Shown: positions 20,367-32,927, counted from the stretch's first letter. The stretch is DNA of 44,018 nucleotides from Perkinsus chesapeaki ATCC PRA-425 (GCA_013115145.1 JAAPAO010000276.1:1-44018); one strand, 5' to 3'. Translations and numbers: made by a program. Notes: a model not told the origin generated them from the letters alone.

Positions 20367-23300
20367 TTATCTCCTATGACGACCACGGCCCTCCTCACGC
20401 TCATCTCTCCGTGGTCTCTTCGATCGATTTTCTTCTCGACGCTCCTTCGGTGGGCCCGCATTAGGGTCGAGTGGATCGTAAACCTCCAATACTTTCTGTG
20501 CACGCTCTTCATCCAACTGATACCTGTGAACCTTCAGCTGCGCCAATTGTGGGACAGGGACGCACATGACGCAATCGGACTGATAATCTTTTATACCACA
20601 TGAGCACACGAGAATCTCATCTGCAATTTATTCCCAACTTTTCGAAAAGTGAAATAAGACCCTCCTCAGGAAATATTCAGATGAACTAGCCTTCTATTAC
20701 TCCACATCCAATAGGATGCTGTAAATCTACAAGTAGTAATAAGCCCACAGCAGTGCGCTGCTGCACACTATAGCGAGACCGAATCCCCAAGCAGAGGTGA
20801 GGAGGCGGATACGAAGGTATTCTTACGCTCTGGTGCTATCTATTGCAAACTTCAATCCCTTCTCCTTAGAGGCAGTTTCTCGACCACGCAACCAATCAGC
20901 ATCGCCAAACGCATCTCCGTCAGCTCCAAGGGCACCGGTGTCCTCTCCGAATGCGAACTAAAAGTGGCAATAATGAGTGCCATTTAATTACAAAGGACTC
21001 GCTTAATTACAAAAATCTTATTATAAAGCATTAAAGATTGATCTCCGGTATGAAAAAGTAAATCCTCAATCCCCTCTGCATACCACTACAGTAGAACTAC
21101 ATTGGAGGTGAAATAATTGAACAACAACACATGATTTTCCTGTAATGGCAGATAAATTTATTACAGATTAACAGTAGTACTTGAAAGTTTAACTAAATTT
21201 ACTACCAATTAATACAATCAATGACACTGCCAACTAATTATGGTCCGAGCAGCAACGTCAACCACATTTCAGATATCAAAAGCTACCAGTCAAGCGCCCC
21301 CCCGCCTAACACATCCACTGTCCCCCCCTATGCCGGCTTACTTGCATTGTTTCGGCCAGCGTGCCGGGTTCAGCCGTCACTTCACCAGTCACCGGTAGCC
21401 CCCTATTACTAGAAGTAGATGCACTTTGACCATTGGTCGAAACCGCCACTGGTTCGTCTGATTCACAAACAGATATGACGGCCAAGTATTTCATCTCTAC
21501 CACAAGTAGATACACGCTACTCGATCTCTAAACGCACAACGAGCTCACAGTTTATTCGTGCCGAAACGAGGCTCTCTCAGGGGCGCGTAACTGTTGTACA
21601 GTTACGCCGTGTTGCGGCGGCGTTGAACAGTTAAACTGTTCGAACGAGAACTCGTGATTTTTCATTGACCAAGCTGACTTGCTGCTCCGGGGGCAAAGGA
21701 GCTGGTAGTAATTGCGCGAAGTTTACGTTGAATTGTTCTTTGAACCGTTTTATTGCCACCGCTGCTAGGTTGAGTACCAACATTGACCCCAGGTGGATGA
21801 TCCGCAGACTACCAACACTCACCATCATGTGCCTTATGCAGCTCCTCGTCCATGAATGCATCGAGCTCCTTATATGCATCTTTCCCACGCTTAACCCTCC
21901 GCTTATACCTATTCGAATATACTATGCGGTGAGGCCCGTCTGCTGAGGACGCTCCAATTATTCAAGTGTACGAAAGTGCGTGGTGAACCAACAACACAGT
22001 CTCGTCCACAATCGAGTACAGCGACAGTATCGCCTTGTGCGGCGCCCACTGCCGCCCGCGTACTTCGCAGACGACAGCCAAACTCTCCCACTTATCTACA
22101 CGTTGAACAAGAAGGAGCTAGGAGGGCTAGGCCATGATCATTTGAACTGTCGGATCCGATACCATCAATTGCAACAGTTATGTAATCGAATGACCATAAT
22201 GTATATGACGACACGTACTTCCGAAGCCCCAGTTCCTCAATGTTACTACTTCTTAGCTCTGCCAGCCACTCCTACTGTACCCTCATCTGTCTTATTAGAT
22301 TTATCCTCCACTCGATTAATCTCCTATAATACCGAAAACCGTCATCATAAGGAAGCCCCTGCGAAATCGGACTCGTATCTTTTGACGCATTTTCTCAATC
22401 TGCTTTTGCCGCTCCAGTTCGCTCTCTCTCATCGCCTTCGCCTCACTCGGAAGGATACCTGATAGATTCGTCCAACTACCTTCGACGTGCCAGCCCAAAG
22501 CCTACCAAGCTCATCAGCTCGTTCACGATCTCCGTACTCCGACGTGTCCGACTCCTCGTCGCTCGCATCCAAGTCCTGCACCCGAGACTGAAAAAACATT
22601 TTTACCACTCCATCCTCAGACTTAGAAATTATGGAAAACCATACTGGGAACATAGAGCGATGCAACGAGCGATCGGCTACCAAAGGAGACTCCTTTAACT
22701 AGTCTTCGGAAAGGAAAATCAAATGATTCGATGCGAGTTAAATTTAAACTGAATCATCAGAAGTAATTACTGTACGCTATCGTCATGTGGTAAGGGCACT
22801 CAATGGACGACAGGAGGGGCCCAAGGGAAAGGTCATAAGCCACACAGTGCTAATTAAGAGAAGTGCAGAAATCTGCCACCACTTTCGACGCCCTTGCTAC
22901 CACTCGAATGTACACGAGTGTCTATCTACCGTCCACATATGGTTAATGAATAAAATACAACAAAGCATTCGCCACCATCCACCATCTACCTTCTGCAATA
23001 GCTTCGCTCGCTTCTCCGCGGCACTTGTCCTCCCTCGATTCGTCGACTTCCCCTTCGAAGTGTTCTCCTCGGACTTCGGGGTTTCGGCCAGCAGTTCCGA
23101 ATCCCCGTAATCATGAGCGCTCTTCACTTTGACGGCCACCTTAGCATTACCTACATAAATTGCCTTGCGTCGGCATCGAACCCATGACACGCTTCATCTC
23201 AAAAACTTCTCAAACGCATAAAAATTTTCTGGTCTGCAGACCCGGACAGGAATGCCTATTTCCAGCAAGGTTCCACTTCAAAAGTGTTACCACATAATAG

Positions 23301-25993
23301 CATACCCCGAGGATCGAACCCCCGACCTTTCGATTACCGGCTTCCTCATCCTCGCTTTCACTGCTACTACTGCTCTCGCCGTCCTCAAAGCTGAGCAAAC
23401 CCTTCTTGTTCGATACTTCTATTTTTTGTTTTCTTCTGTCATTTCTTTCTTCCTCGGCATGGTCCACCACTTGCCTGTAAATGTCCCTCGGAATAATATC
23501 GCTGAAGGGGTTCTCTACCTGCAAAACAACACCAGTGATCCGAGTTCGGTAATTGACTTCCAAGCCCAACAGATTCCCATGTCTGCTTGCTATTATATTT
23601 CCTCTAACACATTACTGACTAACAAGGAACACATTTCCATCACCGAAGTTGAAAAAATATACAACTTCTATGTCCACCGAATATGCACTTCAGGTGGTTT
23701 ATTTCATGTCAACGGGGAAGTCCAATCTTTCCCGAACACCGCCAGACGGCCGTGTAGAACCAACGCTTAAGCACAATCGCCCATGCATGCCGGCCATCAA
23801 TGCATTTGCCAGGTCATTATAATAATAAGAATCACATGAATATCCTTCACTAGTTAAATCCGACTAATCGTCACCACAGCGTCGTTCCCCTGTCCGAGCT
23901 TCCCCTATGTATACCCCTCCTTACAGTATTACCACTTCTGCCCGTATAATATGCGGCGGCGGTTCATCTGTTGGGTAATCGTTGGTATCGACATTAGCTT
24001 GTGCTATTCTGTCCAAATTATACACCGTATCATCAACGACTTTACCAAATAAAGTGTACCTTTATGAAACACCTTCAAACAATACGGAAGGCTAATGCAC
24101 CACAGAAGACCAGAGACGGAAGTGTCCCGGCGTTCCCGTTGCTACATCACAGTTAGTCCTGGCAGAACCCTTGACAGAAAAGACGCTTCACTACGCGCAA
24201 AGGAAATGCGGAAAGTAGGTGTGCTGATATTATACATTTGAGCGGTACTAAAACTATAAGTCTAATGGTAGCCCACTTTTTCAAGAATAATAACGCCATT
24301 TAATGTACTTACAAAAAGTGAACACCTATTGCAATGATAAAAGCAATGCGTGATGGAGCGTTATACCGACCAGCAGACTGCTAAAGGGTTCCTCTTCCTA
24401 TGCTTATTATTACTTATTATTAAATGTATCCTCCCTCCCCAAAGTAATGAAGAACTGTGATCCATTTGTTGATGCTCCCCCCGCTTCAGCTACTCCAGCA
24501 CTCGCTACGCCCACCAGACCTCTATATCGATACCTTAAACCACACGGTCAGAAAACAACACGTGCGCTGAATGCGGGTTCGACGAGAATGCTCGGTATCC
24601 CCTGCCAAATGTAAGCAGTCTCTGAATAGGGACAGTTTTTCCCAGTCGTCAAGATTTCCACCAAGTAACGAGCTGGACTTCAAGAGTAATGCATCGGCGG
24701 TAACGAGACTGATATGTAGAAGCTGACACGATGGTCACGACGACCGAATGGCTGCGTTGTGAGTAACTCGTGAGCCATACAGGCTCAGGGCGATAAGACT
24801 ATACCATCAAAGGACATGCCCTGCCATTGACTACAACAACAATGAGAAGCAAATCAAAACGATATTAAAGTTGGCGGTAAAGAATGAGCCAAGCTTCATC
24901 CACATCACAGACGGCAGACAACTACTCACTTAAGCCTCGAATGAAATTCATTCGGATATGGTTCACCGTAAATACTATCACATCCCGTCCCAGTATTAGT
25001 CCTGTCACCACCCTGTATTAAGAAGTCTTTGATAATTCGATGGAACACTGTGCCGTTATAATAATCTTCCAGAGCCTGAAAGAACGATAAGCCAGTCACT
25101 GTCAGGAAGCCATAGACAAGGAGCACGACATGGAGGCCCAAGGAGGAATAAGTTTGGTGTCTCTTCACTACCAAACATGAGGGAAGAATTTTAACCTTCT
25201 GAAGACTTTCGGTCTACCAATAATTTGTATGGGGAAAGTTCTCGATACACGAACCCATTTCCGGAAAGCCAGATTGAATTCTGGAAGGGCCGATTTCCTA
25301 AATTGAGAATTCCTGCTGGTCGATAGGAGAATCACCGTGAGTACAGCTCCACCTTCAGAGCAATATATCACACTCAATAGCCTGATTTGGCATATTATCG
25401 CGAGACACGAGTCGCCTACTCCATCGGACATTAGTCCATTGTAAACGGTAAATCCTCTAATAAGAGTAAGCTGAAGCTCTGTTGGCTCCCTTCCGCCTTC
25501 CTATCAAGCTTACGAGCCAACAACGAACCGGCGAAACTACATACCCTATCGGTGCCCTAGAGACTGTCAGCCGGTATGAGCAGCCCTGTTAGCTCAGTCT
25601 ATCTCAAGCCTCTACATTTTCCGCCATGATCACGGGCGATCCCATGCTCTCTGGAACCCCAGAAAGTTTCCCACAGAATGCTCGTAAGTCACCGGCATTC
25701 CTAAGCGACCAGCAGGGGATGATCCATCATAATTTCCGTAATAGGTTGTAACTCCCGTGAGTCACAACAGATTCTCCCGAGAAAACTCCTCGAAATTTTC
25801 ACCGGAGTCTCCTTCCGGAAGCGCCCTGGCCAACACTGACCCAGACGGCATCACGGTTGCTCACCAATTGGACGAAGTTTCGGGTAGTTTTCGGGCACTC
25901 CTTCGACCACAGTGCTATCGATATCGGGCCGTGTGTGGTGTGCAGGACCACCTTCCCCTTAGTCGGAGGCTCCGCCACATATATGTTAGACAT
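20367..25993 (-). CDS. CWC27: Spliceosome-associated cyclophilin-like protein CWC27, multi-exon
   Basis: [119 protein letters not shown] and a C-terminal [15 protein letters not shown]. All are CWC27 hallmarks. Confidence 0.93.
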
Positions 25994-26001
25994 GTTAAAA
26001 T

Positions 26002-26046
26002 GACTCCCCTAGGAATCGAACCAACGACCTTCCAGGTGGTAACAAG
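26002..26046 (-). other. tRNA 3'-half-like sequence with an exact B-box; not an intact tRNA
   Basis: Minus strand reads CTTGTTACCACCTGGAAGGTCGTTGGTTCGATTCCTAGGGGAGTCA, containing GGTTCGATTCC. No D-arm, A-box or matching 5' acceptor strand. Confidence 0.4.
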
Positions 26047-26175
26047 CAATCCCACCGATATCCCATTTCCTCTGCTTCTCGTTACTGTGAGTAACTCATA
26101 GCTCTACACATTCGAAACATACTTGAAACGATAAGCTCTTTAGTCTGGTAATGTAAGCAACTTCGTCATCTTAAG

Positions 26176-27994
26176 CTACGCTCCGTCCACAGCTAACCTC
26201 TCTTTGCCTCCGCTCATCAGATTAAGCAGCAATGAATCCGAGTTCAAAACCTGGTCAGGACACTTTTAAAAGCATTAAATCAATCCCGCTTTTACCATCT
26301 TGTTGCGGCTGACTGCCATGTGATGGGCGATCTCCTTAGCTGCGTCGATCCTCCTCAACTCAACGAAACCGGGGTTGTTTTGGATTGCCGAACCGATCAT
26401 TTTGGCCGATTCCATTTCACCTGACAGAGCACGGTCACCAACCAACGCCCACAGCTCTTATAGACCTCAGAGTAAATTTAATAGAACGATTTTTTGGCGC
26501 TCCACTAGTGGAAAGATGTCATATCCTGGAAACCTGGGGAGAACATTTTAGGGCTAAACTGAGGAGTAAGATATGTTCCAGAACTGGCAGCAATCCTTCT
26601 GGTCAGGCAACTGATACTGAAAATGAGATTCTGTCCGATCTCATAGGGGAACTCGCCGAACGGCAAGAGTAAATAAAGTAGTTTCAAGTCGATTCTTCAC
26701 CCACTAAAAGTTCACTAATCCACGAGCGTTCCTCTCAAATGACAGGATAGACTTCTTATCGCGACATTTGCACCCTTCGCGGGGGCGAGCGAATGATGAC
26801 AAGTAAACCATACAAGACATGTCAAGTGCCGCCAATCATTCCAAGAAACGTAAAGGTCACCTTGTGCCTTGATGATGATGTTCTTCTTCATTTCCTGTGC
26901 CTTCAACACTTGGTACTTCGCCTTCTCAGCTTGCTGTTGAGCCACCTGTTTCTGCTCTACTGCTCCTGCATATCTGAGCACCAACCATAGACTCCACCAA
27001 CCGAGAGCACGGGAATCTTACTCTGGTGAGAAAGCAAGGTCAACAATGGCTACATCATCGAGAATCAGATTGAACTCCTTTGCCCTCTCCACCAGTTCCT
27101 GTCGGATACGACGCGACACCACCTGAAAAACGAGGTCGGACAACTTTAGCGACGAATCGAGCAGTGATAGTTTAAAAAGAAAGCCACATTGAAATTAAAC
27201 CCTCTACTTCTGTTGAAATTTCAGTTACAGCTGCGTCAATATGCATAATTTCAAGATCAGATTGACGCGGGAAACATTATCGCAAAGCTGATCTACCAAA
27301 CACATCGGGGCTAACGCGTCCAATCGAGCAGTCCATATTAACTGCAGGAAAAGGAAGACTTGATTACCTCACGCTGAGTGACAAGTTCCGAGGCGTTGAA
27401 CTGAGCGACGACCGACTTTAACACTTCGTTGATGATAGACGGCAAAATCTGAAAAATAAGATCAATTCTTAAACCCGTCGTCGAGAAAGCCGTGCCTTCT
27501 CGTCGTAATCGGTGCCAACATAACGATAGATAGAAGGCAGGCGATCCTCACGAGGACGACACAACGTTCGAAGAGATATGCTGACCATCTGCAAATCCTT
27601 GGATCCCGTTAAGGACACCTGAGGGGGGTATAGAAGGGAAAATTGTACGAGAGAGCGGTACCAGCGTTCTGGGTTTAGTTCTGATGTCAAAGGTGATGGG
27701 GCGCTCAAACCATGGCACGAGAACATGTGTTCCTTCGTTGTAGAGGTCCTCCTTGATACCACCGAGCCTGGAGAACTTGATTGCCCGATGTCCAGCGTCG
27801 ACTGAAAGATACACGTCACACGAATTGACCTTTTGTGCATCTTGCACGCTTCAACCTAAGATACTCTTATTACCATTAAAAAGACAATTCTTGAACGCCC
27901 AAACCGAGCCTCCGATTCCCACACTTCCAACGGTGATGACCTTAGCCAGTTGTGGGCCAAATTTAGAAAATGCCTCGGTGAACTTTTGGGACAT
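26176..27994 (-). CDS. PHB2: Prohibitin 2, multi-exon
   Basis: [15 protein letters not shown]...[29 protein letters not shown] (LQMV distinguishes PHB2 from PHB1 LQNV), [47 protein letters not shown]. Confidence 0.95.
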
Positions 27995-28276
27995 CTTCAG
28001 GCAACAATAAAGAGTACCAAAGCTATTAATAATAAACTTTCAAAAATACACCAAAAAGTACTGTCCATCATAAACACAATTCTGATGCGTCTATTCAGCT
28101 ATTTCCGATGCTCTCAGCTCATCTACAATAATTTCAACTCCTAAAGAGTCCGAAGACTTGCCACGTAGTCGAAACACTGCTCGTCGAGAAGCAATGTAAA
28201 AAGCGCGCGCCCGGCTGATCGACGCGTTTTTAAAACGGGAGGGGTGGAAGAAAGTTGAAGTGTGATCTTGATTGTT

Positions 28277-30892
28277 ATGGTGACCGGCATGCTCAGTGGA
28301 GTGAAGCAAGGTCTACAAAATCTTAGGGACTCGGTCGGAGGACCTAATGCAGTAAGTGTATCCTTAGGTTAACCGTGCAAGATACAAAATAAGCCAGCTC
28401 ACATGCCTCTCAGGCCTCACCTGACTCTCGAGATACCAGTCAGATCAGCCAGTACAACGGTGAAGTTCGCGACATGTTCGAAGAGTTCCACGCCGCTCTG
28501 ATGCAATGCATCGACCATCGAATGAAGTTCCGTGCATTCATAAATATGTTCGTTCTTCTCCGTAACGACGCGGCAACTCCACAGCAGTTACTTCGCCTGC
28601 GTCGATGTCCTCCAAAACTGCACCAAAAGTCTCAAGAAGCTCAGCGCTCCCCGCAACTTCGACGGTGTCCCCCAGCAATCGACAGCCGGACTCACAACCC
28701 TTCCCGAAAGTCGGTACCACCTACGGCGCCTCTGTTATGATGTGGTTTAGATACGCTTATACTGATGGGCCCGATTCTGGGATCGGTCACCGTGGAAGTA
28801 GCGGATGACTTGCGGGACATGAAGAGAAAGGCAAGCGGGCTCTCCTGTGCTCTCACCGCTCTTTAGTTTGATCGTGTCAGATTCGAGATCGCCTCGTTGA
28901 GATATCTACCGACGTCAAAAAGCGTCATCGAGACATGCACACCTGCCACGGAGTTAGTCCTCCTAGTCGAGTCTTCCTCATTCACCGTATTGCCCTCTCA
29001 GGGCCTTCGGAAGGCTGAGGCTGTCTTCAAGCGGCATCAGCAAGAACTGGCAAGACTTCGGAATAGACTTCAGCAGCTTTACGAGACCTCTGGCCCACGG
29101 ATCCAAATGGAGCGCCAACGCGTACGTCATTTCGCCCACCTCCAAGCGGAAAGCTGCTGCTTTCAGGTGTTCGAGCGGCTCCAGAAAGTCCAGCAGGACA
29201 GCAATAGGTCGGCTAGGGACGTCTCGGAGGAGGTGGAGATGCTCAAGCGTCGCCATGCTGTCAGGCTTGCCCACCTATCAACCTCGATGGAATCTTTATC
29301 AGATACACTTCGATGCGATTTCCCACTTTGTCGCGGAGTTGGCCTCACTTCAGCGAAAGATGGACAGAAGAATGGTCGACGAACTTTCAAGACTCCCCTT
29401 GGATTTCCGCGGGGCAGTTGATGAGGCCGTGGTAAGTAAGCGTCTGCTCTCGGCTAGTAAGCGCGATCTCAGATGGCATGTCAATCTGGTCCCACTGCGC
29501 CTCGGCCGGCTTGGTTCCCCGCCGACTACCAACCGAGCATCAGCCATAGGGATCAGTGCCTCCTCGGCTACCCTGCTCTTCAATCAGCGTATTTGGTCTT
29601 GGAAGCTCAGTAAGTGCGTAAGTTGACTCGGCTAACCTTCATGCTGGTTTAGTGCGAATGGCAAGGACCAGTTCACAGAGTACAGAGCAACAACGTCGAT
29701 TGTTGGTCAGAGAGACGGAGAGCTCTCCTTCGAGCGTGGTGAAGTCATCTTTGTCACCCGTAAGTCAGCCCGTCACTTGCATTGCCATTTTATCTGTAGA
29801 GGACACCGGCTTGTGGTGGTGTGGCAGGAACGCGAAGGGAGAGGTATGCCCGGTGGTCGTTGGGTTCTTTCGGAATCCGCTTCCTCAGGTTGGACGCTTC
29901 CCGTCCTCATCTGTTAACATCTACGCGGTCGGAATTAACATTCCCGAGGCAGAGGACCCCAACTTCACTTCGATGAACCCCGGTAGGCCTTCCCTTTCCA
30001 ATCACGGCCGATGTGCGTTGTAGGTGGTCACGTGTTGGGTGCGATCACCCAAGGGGGGGAGATGTTCCGCGGCATGCAAGAGGCTCAGCTACCAATTGCC
30101 ACAGTAAGAGCAGCTTGACCTTGGTGGTCACGTGGGAGGCATCTCTAGGCTGCCATGCCCCACATTCCGTCTACCAATAGAGAGCTCAGAGTGGAGGCAG
30201 GCGAACAATTGGAGATTTTGGGAGAGCCGATGCCGGGTAGCGACCTTGTCAAAGTGAGAACATTGTTGGGGTATACCTTGGCCAACTCACCGCGTTGTGA
30301 ATGGCTTCAAGTTGAAATCATTCTGCGAGTCGGCGAATTTCGAGCCTTCTTCGGAATGTTAGTCATTTCAACGTAAATGAAGGCCGTGCAAATATTATCC
30401 GGTCAATGGCGTCAGCGTTCTAAGGTTCTGGCAGGTGCGGAGAATTCGGGACAGAATGGTCGGCGAAGTGCCAATGTGTGTTGTGATGCCACCGCAGACA
30501 TTCCAACAGACCACGCCTGTTCGACGCAATTACAGTCTCGACCAGATCACAGTAAGGCTTGAACTTGGCAGTAAGCAACGCAGCATTTGAAACACTGCTC
30601 TCAGATAATGGGACCGAAGTCTGGCACCTCCCCCAATCTTTCCAGGATGTCGCATCCGGGAGCAGGCGGTAGTCACTCACGATACGCCACACCAATGAGA
30701 GTTCCTACGATTGTGGAAGAGGATGATGAGGCTGCCAGGGAGGCCGAGAATAGGCCGCAAAATGCCCAGGTTGACGCGGAGGACCCGAGGGTTACGCGAC
30801 CGGTGACCAGCGGACATCATCCGATGAACACGGTCATCTCGCTTGCCGAGGAAGAAGAAGATCCGAATGATAAAAGGAGGTGTTCCTTCTAA
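28277..30892 (+). CDS. Helical (BAR-like) protein with two SH3 domains, multi-exon
   Basis: Coiled-coil exons (28440-29270). SH3-1: YRATTSIVGQRDGELSFERGEVIFVTRK|EDTGLWWCGRNAKGE|VGRFPSSSV. SH3-2-like: AAMPHIPSTNRELRVEAGEQLEIL...VK|VRRIRDRMVGEVP. Low-complexity tail ends KRRCSF*. The BAR assignment is inference. Alternative ATG at 28289. Confidence 0.7.
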
Positions 30893-32092
30893 ATTAAGTT
30901 GATATAATTAAGTTTTCGCATGGCATGCAATCTGTTAGTATGAAGTAATGTTGCTAATAACGCTTCAGCAAGTAACTGATTAACAGAGTTGCGTTGGCAA
31001 AGATAGCAAATTGACGAACGTAACAACGAAGTGCCAAGTGTTTGGAGATGCAGTTCGAGCGTGAACCGCCGCCTCACCTGTTTCTGCTGTGACACGATAT
31101 TCTGGTAGGTTGTGCAACATTATTAATAATAACTGTTGTCGCATCATCCATTGTGGTCATCCTGACTCGACAGTGAAACCACACGGTTCCCCTTGGACAT
31201 ATTAGCAGCTTGGGTTGATTGGGTATCTATGGTGTAATGTATATCTGATCTCATCCCGCTATATAATGATATGTCTAGCGATATCCCTCTGATTCGAGTC
31301 GATCCGCTGAACCAGATCATCATTCACACGTGATCCTGTTGTGGTTATTAAGGATAGGGGAATAAGGCAAAGACAGTGGAATGATGAGCACACTATAATG
31401 CTGGACAGTTGCGTATAGGCTGCGCTTTTTTCTAGAGCGATCAGCAGCTACCACAATTCTATCGATGATGAGCTATCACACATGAGATATTTGCATGAGG
31501 TGAAGTTCGCAATATCACACGACATCCGTGAGGCGTTGCACGATCCCATAATAAAGAACTCTAAACCAGCTCTTTCTCATATAAATTATCATTCGGGTAG
31601 CTTTCAGTGAGATATCATCACGAATGGTTTTAGCAACTCGGGAAGTTCAAGTGCATTTCGGGCAGTACCGTATACGACGCAAAGAGAGCGCAAGGTTCAA
31701 TGAATTGATGCCATTTCTACAGTGCAGAGTTTGGGTGTGGCCCGAGGCGGCAATTTCGCCGACTGTTCTTCTTTCTTGATCCATTTTTGGTTGAATTCCC
31801 CCAAGACTTCTCTTAATTGAGAATCTCTTGTACTGTAGAGCAACCAAACTCTTATCAATGCCCAAGATGGAAGCTACTGCTATTTGTTAAGACAGCAATT
31901 ATAGATGGCAAAGAATGCTGGGAGACATACACACGATGATAGACACTGCGCATGCCTGTAAGACATAATACTTTAGTTGATAATAGAAGATATAACCAAT
32001 AGCCGAGCAGGGTGTTTGGAAGGAACCCAACCACCTGCTTCGGTCTGAGGGAGAAGCTCTGCGGTCCTAGACGGAATAGATACCACATCTTT

Positions 32093-32437
32093 CTAAGTGA
32101 AGTAACAATAGCATGCGGCTCCTCCAAATCCTCCTTGACAGCGGCAGACTTGATTAGCCGGGCACTGGTTAGAGGGTCCGCAAGGTCCCTGTGGTCCAGC
32201 TGAAGGGTCTCTGCATATGCATCCACCACTAGGCTCACATTTACAAACGAAGCCATTAGGGCATGAACCACCGGGGGTGCACACGACTGTATTCTCAACA
32301 CATCTGCAGTAAGCAGCGCCCCAGCCGCCGGTGCACTGGCAGACTTGACCTTGGGGACAAGGATTCGACGGGCTACAGTTAATCTGAGCTGACGTCGAAT
32401 ACACCAACATTAGAAGAGTAGCGGGAAAGGTACGCAT
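32093..32437 (-). CDS. Small secreted cysteine-rich protein with three 6-Cys repeats (114 aa, intronless)
   Basis: Signal peptide MRTFPATLLMLVYSTSA, then three repeats of C-x5-C-P-x4-C-x-C-x(5/8)-C-x-C (18 Cys). ATG at 32437 is preferred over the upstream start in the ORF track. Confidence 0.9.
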   Translation of the reverse strand: MRTFPATLLMLVYSTSAQINCSPSNPCPQGQVCQCTGGWGAAYCRCVENTVVCTPGGSCPNGFVCKCEPSGGCICRDPSAGPQGPCGPSNQCPANQVCRCQGGFGGAACYCYFT

Positions 32438-32927
32438 AGTGAAATAGGGTGAACTTCCAATATGCTCAACCACTCGACTTTATACCACAACCTCCACCGA
32501 GGCAAATATTTTTAAAATAACGCTTGGTTCCAGTACAATTTGAGAAGGTGAAAATTCTAGTCGATTTTCAACGAAGAGTATCTTTAGCCCAATAAACACA
32601 ACACGCTGTTGTATATGCGACAATAAGGGGGTTATACTAACAACAACACACGACAACCTTAGAGGGAGCCGGGGATAGCCCAATCGCACAATATAGGAAC
32701 AGAGAGATAATAGGAAGATAACCGATCCAAGAGCGTTCATAGGAAATTAAATGTACCTTAACAGTACAGAAGTAAAGCTCCTCTGGACCGGTAGTCAATA
32801 GGATCGTCTTCGACGAACCTGAACTATAGAACAAAGTTCACTAGACATGAAATATAAGCTAAAGTAAGATCAACCTCAAACACTTATAACATCAATAGGA
32901 AGACGTTAAATACAACAAGACTACTAC

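Noticed and set aside
23305-23340. tRNA-Asn-like stretch GTAATCGAAAGGTCGGGGGTTCGATCC on the minus strand
   Set aside because: Straddles a CWC27 exon/donor junction (GNRK|GT) and the T-stem does not pair; coincidence.
24310-24330. Possible CWC27 micro-exon (AG|GTGTTCACTTTTT|GTAAGT, CSLF) mimicking YTLF
   Set aside because: No AG acceptor in front of the following GKV codons, so it cannot substitute in frame.
31200-31630. Several RTGATGA and CTGA boxes suggesting a C/D snoRNA cluster
   Set aside because: I could not pair C and D boxes at proper spacing with terminal stems or identify rRNA antisense elements; needs snoScan or Infernal.
31855-32301. 148-aa ORF overlapping the Cys-rich gene in another frame
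   Set aside because: No motif; best explained as a shadow frame of a GC-rich coding sequence.
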